Part shown: positions 56,234 to 64,000 of the stretch, in pieces
Position numbering within the stretch: position 1 is the first letter of the stretch
How the letters are laid out: each line of letters opens with the position of its first letter
DNA from: an uncultured Actinomycetota bacterium
GTDB taxonomy: Bacteria; Actinomycetota; Actinomycetes; JAHEKZ01
Reading direction: 5' to 3'
Assembly: GCA_963829525.1 (NCBI GenBank)
Contig: CAWHIJ010000003.1
Location: 2,240,001 to 2,304,000, forward strand
Length of the DNA: 64,000 bases
The notes under the pieces: model-generated
Database searches by the model: none
What the model was told of the DNA's origin: nothing
The model's input: the letters and a program-made list of their open reading frames with translations, nothing else
Position numbers and translations under genes: made by a program

Positions 56234-56986
56234 GTGGACCACGCCAAGCACCGAGCCGGGCGTCGCTCTGCGGTCGGCTGGGGCGCCGCCGGGCTGGTGG
56301 GGGGCCTCCTTGTGGGGGCAGCGATGGTCCTCGGGACGTGGGCAGCCATCGATGGCCCTCCTTGGGTGTCCGACGAGGTTGCCGCCGCTTCGACGTGGCC
56401 GACGGCTAGCCCCCGAATCGGGGCTTGGCCGTCACGCTCCGATCGCGCCCAAACGGTTACACCACCACAGGTCAACGCCGCCCCTACGAGCAGCGCACCC
56501 ACCACGCCGGTCCACCTCCTGGGCGACTCGTTGGCCGTGGGAATCGCCCCCTACCTGGACGCCGGAGTCGGCGAGCGCCCCCTCACAACCGATGCGGCCG
56601 AAGGTCGAGGAACAGCAACGATGGTTTCGCTCCTCGCCCCCTACGCCACCTCATCGGCGCCGATCTGGGTCGTCAGTCTTGGCACGAACGACAACCCGGC
56701 GGAGTTCTCCGACCGAGCCGCGTCTGTCATGGATCTCGCGGGTCCGAACCGCTGCGTCGTCTGGTTCGACGTGTGGCGGGCCGACACGGACGAGGCGATT
56801 AACGCGACCCTGGACCAGCTAGCCGCCGAAAACCCGAACCTGCACCTCGTCCCCTGGCATGACACCTCAGCGGCGCATCCGGAGTGGTTCAGCGGCACCG
56901 ACGTACACCCGTCGGCCACCGGCTACGCCGTGCGGGGGCAGTTGGCCGTCGACGCCGTCAAGAGCGAGTGCGGCGAAAGCCCCTAG
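56234..56986 (+). CDS. membrane-anchored SGNH-fold protein
   Basis: N-terminal TM; LLGDSL, SLGTND, DVHP catalytic blocks. Confidence 0.8.
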   Translation: MDHAKHRAGRRSAVGWGAAGLVGGLLVGAAMVLGTWAAIDGPPWVSDEVAAASTWPTASPRIGAWPSRSDRAQTVTPPQVNAAPTSSAPTTPVHLLGDSLAVGIAPYLDAGVGERPLTTDAAEGRGTATMVSLLAPYATSSAPIWVVSLGTNDNPAEFSDRAASVMDLAGPNRCVVWFDVWRADTDEAINATLDQLAAENPNLHLVPWHDTSAAHPEWFSGTDVHPSATGYAVRGQLAVDAVKSECGESP

Positions 56987-57005
56987 CGGGACTCCGATTT
57001 AGGAT

Positions 57006-58103
57006 TTAGCTCGAAACCAGTTCGTGCATCCAGCTGTGGGTGTCTTCGGTTCGGCCGTGCTGCAGGTTCAGCAGATGCTCCCTAAGCCGCACGGTGATGG
57101 CCCCGGGGTTGCCGTCACCAACCGTCCACTCCCCCCGCGACCAACGCACCTTGCCGACGGGGGTCACCACCGCGGCCGTTCCGCAGGCGAAAACCTCGGT
57201 GATCGATCCGTCGGCGTTGCCCTCACGCCAGTCATCGATGCTGATCCGTTCCTCCTCGGCGTCGATTCCCAAATCGTCGGCCACCTGCAGGATCGAGCTT
57301 CTTGTGACGCCAGGCAGCAACGCCCCGGTGAGCTCAGGGGTAACCAGCCGGGCGGATTCGCCTGACCCGAACACGAAGTAGAGATTCATTCCCCCCATCT
57401 CCTCGACCCACCGATGCTCGGCAGCATCGAGCCAGACCACCTGGTCGCACCCTTCTGCGGACGCCTGTGCCTGGGCGATCAAACTCGCTGCGTAGTTGCC
57501 GGCACACTTGGCTTCACCGGTGCCGCCGGGAGCGGCCCGCACGTACTCGGTCGACAGCCACACCGAGACCGGCTTGATGCCTCCGTGGAAGTAAGCCCCC
57601 GCTGGCGAGGCAATGAGCATGAAGAGGTAGGAGCTGGCTGGCTTCACGCCAAGCCCGACCTCGGTCGAGAACATGAACGGGCGTAGGTACAGGCTCGTCT
57701 CGTCGTATCCGGGCACCCACGCCCGGTCTTGGTCGACCAACGCTTCAATCGCTCCGATGAACAGCTCTTCGGGCAGCTCTGGCATCGCCAGCCTGCGCGC
57801 CGAGCGCTGGAAGCGTCGGGCGTTCATCTCGGGACGAAAGGTCGCAATCGAACCGTCTTTGCGTCGGTAGGCCTTCAGCCCCTCGAAGATCTCCTGCCCG
57901 TAGTGCAAGGACATCGTCGCGGGGTCGAGCTCAAGGGGCCCGTACGGGACCAACTGGGCGTCATGCCACCCTCGACCCTCCGTCCATTCGATGGTGACCA
58001 TGTGGTCGGAGAAGAACCGCCCGAAGCCTGGGTTGGCCAAGATCGCCTCGCGTTGGGCGTCCGCCATCGGCTGCGACGTTGGCTTTCGCGCGATCGATGT
58101 CAT
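57006..58103 (-). CDS. ilvE: branched-chain amino acid aminotransferase
   Basis: [33 protein letters not shown]. Confidence 0.96.
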   Translation of the reverse strand: MTSIARKPTSQPMADAQREAILANPGFGRFFSDHMVTIEWTEGRGWHDAQLVPYGPLELDPATMSLHYGQEIFEGLKAYRRKDGSIATFRPEMNARRFQRSARRLAMPELPEELFIGAIEALVDQDRAWVPGYDETSLYLRPFMFSTEVGLGVKPASSYLFMLIASPAGAYFHGGIKPVSVWLSTEYVRAAPGGTGEAKCAGNYAASLIAQAQASAEGCDQVVWLDAAEHRWVEEMGGMNLYFVFGSGESARLVTPELTGALLPGVTRSSILQVADDLGIDAEEERISIDDWREGNADGSITEVFACGTAAVVTPVGKVRWSRGEWTVGDGNPGAITVRLREHLLNLQHGRTEDTHSWMHELVSS

Positions 58104-58157
58104 GGACGGGACGCTACCTTTCGGTTGGCCTCAATGTGGGATGACCAGCTGAACAAG

Positions 58158-59210
58158 TCAGGATCCGGCCACAGCTTCAGCGAGGGCGTCGCCGATCTGT
58201 GCGGTCGAGCGTACGCGGTCTCCCCTGGCCGCCAGATCATCTGACACCGCCTGTTCGACCGAAGCCGCCGCCTTGTCGAGACCGAGATGGTCGAGCAGCA
58301 GCGCCACTGAGAGCACCGTCGCTGTCGGGTCAGCCTTCTGCTCACCTGCGATGTCGGGAGCAGAACCGTGCACGGGCTCGAACATGCTGGGATTTGTGCC
58401 GCTCATGTCGAGGTTGCCAGACGCGGCTCGTCCGATGCCGCCCGCTATTGCAGCACCGATGTCGGTGATGATGTCGCCGAAGAGGTTGTCGGTGACCACG
58501 ACGTCGAACCGCTCGGGATTCGTAACGAAGAACATCGACGCCGCGTCAACGTGCAGGTACTCGGTCCGAACCTCCGGAAAATCGACGGCGGCGGCGTTGA
58601 ACGTGCGGGTCCAGAGGTCACCGGCATGTGTCAGGACGTTGTTCTTGTGCACCAACGTCAGGGTGCGGCGCGGCCGACGGTTGGCGCGGGCGAAGGCATC
58701 TCGGACCACCCGATCGACGCCATACGCGGTGTTGAGGCTCTCCTCAGTGGCTACCTCATGCAGAGTTCCCTTGCGCAGCGAGCCACCTGAGCCCGCATAA
58801 GGGCCTTCGGTTCCCTCACGCACTACGACCATGTCGATGTCGGCCGGGGTCTTGCCAGCTAGTGGAGTGGAAACCCCGGGATAGAGCTTGACCGGTCGGA
58901 GGTTGACGTGGTGGTCGAGCTCGAAGCGCAATCGCAGCAACAGCCCCCGTTCAAGAACGCCGCTCGGGACGCTCGGGTCACCAACGGCGCCGAGCAGGAT
59001 CGCGTCATGGCCGCGGATCTCCTCGAGCACGCTGTCCGGGAGCGTCTCACCGGTGCGGTGCCAACGCTTGGCTCCCAGGTCGTAGTCGGTGCGTGCGAAA
59101 GCAACGTCGTGGCGGCCGGCAACGGCGTCGAGGACCTTCATACCCTCGGTGACGACCTCAGGGCCGATCCCGTCCCCGGCGATGACAGCGAGTCTGTACG
59201 AGTTGGACAT
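58158..59210 (-). CDS. leuB: 3-isopropylmalate dehydrogenase
   Basis: [28 protein letters not shown]. Confidence 0.95.
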   Translation of the reverse strand: MSNSYRLAVIAGDGIGPEVVTEGMKVLDAVAGRHDVAFARTDYDLGAKRWHRTGETLPDSVLEEIRGHDAILLGAVGDPSVPSGVLERGLLLRLRFELDHHVNLRPVKLYPGVSTPLAGKTPADIDMVVVREGTEGPYAGSGGSLRKGTLHEVATEESLNTAYGVDRVVRDAFARANRRPRRTLTLVHKNNVLTHAGDLWTRTFNAAAVDFPEVRTEYLHVDAASMFFVTNPERFDVVVTDNLFGDIITDIGAAIAGGIGRAASGNLDMSGTNPSMFEPVHGSAPDIAGEQKADPTATVLSVALLLDHLGLDKAAASVEQAVSDDLAARGDRVRSTAQIGDALAEAVAGS

Positions 59211-59250
59211 GCCACCAGGGTACGAGTCAGTCTCAGAAGCTGGTGAGGCT

Positions 59251-59267
59251 GTCTCGGATTTCGAAAC
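59251..59267. promoter_or_regulatory. candidate NdgR/IclR operator upstream of leuB
   Basis: GTCTCGGATTTCGAAAC, 15/17 identical to the site at 43645. Confidence 0.55.
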
Positions 59268-59305
59268 CGTTGTGCGCCGACAAGGCGCCGCGGCATCCTT
59301 GACCG

Positions 59306-59641
59306 ATGGCCTACGACAACGATTTCGCCGCACGGGTCCGCACGCTTCTGGATGGCGTACCCGGCCTCAGGGAGCTGTCGATGTTCGGCGGTCTCGGCTG
59401 GACAGTAAATGGAAACCTCGCGGTCGGCACTCTGGGTGAGGTGCTCATCTGCCGGGTGGGCCCAGAAGCCGATGCACTACTAGGCGAGCCAGGTGCCGAT
59501 GTCTTCGACCTCACCGGACGAGTGATGAAGGGGTGGCTCACTGTTGCGATCGAGGTGCTTGACGACCACGAGTCACTTCAGGAGTGGCTCGACCGCGGCG
59601 TCCGGTTCGCCTCGAGTTTGCCTGCTAAGCCAGGGAAGTAG
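59306..59641 (+). CDS. TfoX/Sxy N-terminal-domain protein
   Basis: MAYD...MFGGL...VNGNL...MKGWLTV pattern. Confidence 0.85.
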   Translation: MAYDNDFAARVRTLLDGVPGLRELSMFGGLGWTVNGNLAVGTLGEVLICRVGPEADALLGEPGADVFDLTGRVMKGWLTVAIEVLDDHESLQEWLDRGVRFASSLPAKPGK

Positions 59642-59655
59642 CGGTCGCGATCAGG

Positions 59656-61260
59656 TCAGAGCAGGTCGTCGAGGTCGAGCGAGCGTCCCTCGTGGGCGCC
59701 GATCGCTTCGACGATCTCGGCGAGCGCCTCGGGATCGATCGGTGAGTCGACGGTCATCGCGATGAGTGCATGCCCACCTTGCTCGTCACGACTCACCTGC
59801 ATGCCGGCGATATTCACTCCGTGCTCACCGAGGATGCGGCCCAACTCTCCGACAACACCAGGACGGTCGTGGTAGCGGAAGAACGCGAGGTGCTCCGCGG
59901 GCTGCAGGTCGATGTCGTAGTTGTCGATCTCGACGAGCTTCTCGATGTGCTTGGGACCGGTGAGGGTTCCACTCACCGACAGCTGGCGGCCATCGGCCAG
60001 TCCCCCTCGGACTGTGACAAGGTTGCGGTGGTCCGGACTCAGCGGGTCGACCGACAGCTTGACCGCGACACCGCGCTCGGAAGCCAGCACGGGGGCATTC
60101 ACATACGAGACCTGCTCCTCGACACCTCCAGCGAAGACCCCCTTGAGCGCAGCGAGTTCGAGCACCCGGACGTCAGACTCGGCGATCTCCCCACGCACCT
60201 CGATGGTCAGACCCTCCGGGGCTCCCCCGGCCAAGCCGGTGAAGATCCGTCCGAGTTTCTCAGCCAATGGGATGAACGCTCGAACATCTTCGTCGATGAC
60301 ACCACCTTCGACGTTGACGGCGTCTGGTACGAGCTCACCTGCTAGGGCGAGGCGCACCGACTTTGCGACGGCGATGCCGGCTTTCTCCTGCGCCTCGTCG
60401 GTGCTGGCACCAAGGTGCGGCGTCGCTACCACGCGCTCAAGATCGAAGAGAGGCGATTCGGTGCACGGCTCCTTGGCGTAGACGTCAACGCCGGCCGCGT
60501 GCACCCGACCTTCCGCGACCGCATCAGCCAGCGCCTGCTCGTCGACAATGCCTCCACGCGCCGCGTTGACGATGATCACAGAGGACTTGACCCTACGAAG
60601 CTCGGTGTCACCGATGAGTCCCACCGTCTCAGGCGTCTTTGGCAAGTGCACTGTGATGAAGTCGCTCTCGGCGAGCAGGGTGTCGAGGTCGACGAGTGAG
60701 ATCCCGAGCTGCGCTGCGCGCCCAGGCTGCACGTACGGGTCATACGCGATCACCTTGGTGCCAAACGCCATCAGCCGCTGGGCAGCCAAGACGCCGATTC
60801 GTCCCAGACCGACGACGCCGACGGTCTTCTCATAGACCTCGACGCCGGTGTACTTCGAGCGCTTCCACTCGCCGTTCTTGAGGGCGGCGTTGGCCGGTGC
60901 AATGTTGCGCGCTGCCGCAAGCAGCAGCGCGACGGCGAGTTCAGCGGCGCTCACGATGTTTGAGGTCGGTGCATTGACCACCATGACTCCGGCCTGAGTT
61001 GCTGCCGGGACATCGACGTTGTCGAGGCCGACGCCAGCGCGGGCGACAACCTTGAGCTTGCGGGCGGCCGCGAGGGCCTCGGCGTCGATCTGCGTCGCGC
61101 TGCGTACCAGGACGGCGTCGGCGTCCGCGATCGCCGGCAGGAGCTCGGTACGGTCGGCACCATTGCAGTGACGGATCTCGAAGTCGGGACCAAGAGCCTC
61201 GATCGTGGCCGGCGAGAGCTCTTCGGCGATGAGGACGACAGGCTTGGCAGGTTCAGTCAC
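59656..61260 (-). CDS. serA: D-3-phosphoglycerate dehydrogenase
   Basis: RAGVGLDNVD, GLGRIG, TPHLGAST, C-terminal ACT domain. Confidence 0.96.
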   Translation of the reverse strand: MTEPAKPVVLIAEELSPATIEALGPDFEIRHCNGADRTELLPAIADADAVLVRSATQIDAEALAAARKLKVVARAGVGLDNVDVPAATQAGVMVVNAPTSNIVSAAELAVALLLAAARNIAPANAALKNGEWKRSKYTGVEVYEKTVGVVGLGRIGVLAAQRLMAFGTKVIAYDPYVQPGRAAQLGISLVDLDTLLAESDFITVHLPKTPETVGLIGDTELRRVKSSVIIVNAARGGIVDEQALADAVAEGRVHAAGVDVYAKEPCTESPLFDLERVVATPHLGASTDEAQEKAGIAVAKSVRLALAGELVPDAVNVEGGVIDEDVRAFIPLAEKLGRIFTGLAGGAPEGLTIEVRGEIAESDVRVLELAALKGVFAGGVEEQVSYVNAPVLASERGVAVKLSVDPLSPDHRNLVTVRGGLADGRQLSVSGTLTGPKHIEKLVEIDNYDIDLQPAEHLAFFRYHDRPGVVGELGRILGEHGVNIAGMQVSRDEQGGHALIAMTVDSPIDPEALAEIVEAIGAHEGRSLDLDDLL

Positions 61261-61392
61261 GAGGAAACCTTCGAAGGTTCGACAGTTCACGGGAGTTGAC
61301 CTCCGATGTGGAGGCGGCCCCATTCTACCGAGCCACACCTACCCCGCCGAATGTCCCCCTGGGCGCCACTTCTGGGCGTCGAGTGTGGGATC

Positions 61393-61635
61393 GTGACCAC
61401 GACCGCGTACTTCCACCGCCCCGAGGAGATTCGACAGGAGTGCCTCGACGCCGGTCTTGACGTGTTGACGGTGCTAGGCGTCGAGGGACTGGCGGGTTGG
61501 CTCAGCCACCTGGCCGAACGGTGGGACGTCCCTGCCGATCGCGAAGTCATACTGCGTTCTGCGGCGATCACCGAAGACGAGGAAAGTCTGCTCGGGATGA
61601 GCGCTCACCTCATCGCTGTTGCCGCTGTTCAGTAG
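61393..61635 (+). pseudogene. C-terminal remnant of a class I SAM-dependent methyltransferase
   Basis: TTAYFHRPEEI...GVEG...SLLGMSAHLIAVA resembles the C-terminus of such enzymes; no SAM-binding N-terminus. Confidence 0.5.
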
Positions 61636-61700
61636 TCGAACCAACCGTCGGCCAACCATCAGCCAAGCGCCTCGGCCTCGCACCGAAGGTCAGCGAAGAG

Positions 61701-61722
61701 TGTCGGAGGTAGGTGGCAGGGT
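61701..61722 (+). promoter_or_regulatory. RecA-NDp/PafBC-like promoter, leaderless
   Basis: TGTCGG-N10-CAGGGT, 7 nt before ATG 61730. Confidence 0.6.
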
Positions 61723-61729
61723 TAGCTTC

Positions 61730-63028
61730 ATGCAGAGTTCACCGGACCCCATCGCGCAGCAGGTCGTCGACCTGGTGTGCTCCGGGGCGCCGCTGGGTGA
61801 TCGCGAGGACTCGCACCTTGTCGACCTGCTCGCCCAACTGGAGCGTCTCGCCAATGCAGCTGGCGCTGTCCAGGCAGAGGTGATAGTCGAGATGTCGCGG
61901 CGGGCCCAGCGCGCCGATGGCGAGGACGAGCGGCAGCGAGGTCGGACGCTGATACCGCACGAAGGGCGCGCTGAGTTCGTCCCAGACGAGGTGGCCGTCA
62001 CCCTCGCGTGCACCAAGGCAGTCGCGGCGCAACGGTACGGGCTCGCGCTGGCCGTCTCCGAGCACCCGGCGGTACTGGCCGCCTGGAGGCGCGGCACTAT
62101 CGACGCACGCAAGGTGCAGGTGATCTGCGACGGCCTGACCGACGTGTCCAGCCCGGCTGTAGAGGTCCTCGCCGAAGAGGCTGCCTGCTACGCGGCTTCC
62201 CGCACCGCACCCGAGGTTCGGCGCTGGTTGTCCCGTCGGGTGATCACTGCCGACCCCGGCATGGCCGAGATCCGGCGCATCCGGGCCAGCGCCGACCGGA
62301 AGGTCACGGTGACGCCACTATCCGACGGCGTCTCCGAGCTCTATGCGCTGCTGCCGAGCGTGCAGGCGCGACAGGTGTACGACTCGGTCAACGCCCTGGC
62401 CTACGCGTGCGCTGCCGACGATGCCCGGACCATGGACCAGAGGCGCGCCGACGCCCTGATGGACCTCATCTGCGGGCGGGCCGACCCTCCACAGGTGAAT
62501 GTGCAGGTCGTGGTGCCGGTCGACACCCTTCTCGGGGAGTCAGCAGAACCCGCCAATGTATTCGGTGTCGGACCTATCACGGCTACCGAAGCGCTCCAAC
62601 TGGCCGGACTTAGTGCGCCCGCACCGTGTGGTTGCCAGGACATGTCACCGGCACCTCACGACGTCGTCTTCCGCCGGTTGCTCACCGACCCCGACACCGG
62701 CTATCTCGTCGATGTCGCCGAGCGTCAGTACCGGCCGTCCCCTCAGCTCGACCGTACGGTCCGCAGCCGCGACGGCGTATGCCGCTTCCCCGGCTGCAAC
62801 CGCCCCGCCACGACCACCCGCTCCGGCACCGACCTCGACCACACCATCCCGTGGCCACGCGGCCAGACCACGGCAGCCAACCTCGCCGTCCTGTGCCGGC
62901 ACCACCACCGCCTCAAGCACTCACCGGGGTGGAGAGCCGAGCTCGGTTCCGATGGCGTCATGGAGTGGACGTCGCCAGCGGGCCAGATGTTCCGCACCGA
63001 ACCGTGGGTGTACGCCGACACCGGATAG
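61730..63028 (+). CDS. DUF222 (13E12-repeat) domain protein with C-terminal HNH motif
   Basis: DQRRADAL, RDGVCRFPGC, DLDHTIPW, NLAVLCRHHHRLKH. Confidence 0.92.
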   Translation: MQSSPDPIAQQVVDLVCSGAPLGDREDSHLVDLLAQLERLANAAGAVQAEVIVEMSRRAQRADGEDERQRGRTLIPHEGRAEFVPDEVAVTLACTKAVAAQRYGLALAVSEHPAVLAAWRRGTIDARKVQVICDGLTDVSSPAVEVLAEEAACYAASRTAPEVRRWLSRRVITADPGMAEIRRIRASADRKVTVTPLSDGVSELYALLPSVQARQVYDSVNALAYACAADDARTMDQRRADALMDLICGRADPPQVNVQVVVPVDTLLGESAEPANVFGVGPITATEALQLAGLSAPAPCGCQDMSPAPHDVVFRRLLTDPDTGYLVDVAERQYRPSPQLDRTVRSRDGVCRFPGCNRPATTTRSGTDLDHTIPWPRGQTTAANLAVLCRHHHRLKHSPGWRAELGSDGVMEWTSPAGQMFRTEPWVYADTG

Positions 63029-63064
63029 CGCCGGCTCCCAACTCCACCAGCTCCTCGGCGGCAC

Positions 63065-64000
<936 letters not shown>

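Noticed and set aside
61266-61279. Palindrome AACCTTCGAAGGTT before serA as a LexA box
   Set aside because: Does not fit TCGAAC-N4-GTTCGA spacing; function unsupported

Overview
High-GC actinomycete chromosomal core region, mostly on the minus strand, in the conserved order ilvC-serA-leuB-ilvE-cimA-gltX-tRNA(Gln,Glu)-ndgR/leuCD-hup-cofC-plsC-gpsA-ddl-thiL-rpmB-DAK2-recG-rsmD-coaD-rpmF-rnc-mutM-smc-ftsY-ffh-rpsP-rimM-trmD-rplS-lepB x2-rnhB-yraN-comM-dprA-xerC-whiG-rpsB-tsf-pyrH-frr-cdsA. Accessory insertions are a sulfatase/membrane protein/SulP islet after tRNA-Glu, an OatA-like acyltransferase, a stand-alone SGNH protein, a TfoX-N protein, a DUF222-HNH gene and three small membrane proteins between ftsY and ffh. 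Many essential genes carry single-base frameshifts that look like sequencing or assembly indels. The most unusual signal is a set of intergenic spacers filled by chains of 2-20 codon mini-ORFs, each linked by (A/G)TGA stop-start overlaps, that run from one gene's stop to the next gene's start. One of these chains is built from a 20-bp tandem repeat between recG and rsmD. Other findings are an Ile-codon attenuator before cimA, a shared NdgR-like operator, PafBC-like promoters and a possible pairing switch in the rplS leader. All calls come from reading the sequence by eye; no searches were run.
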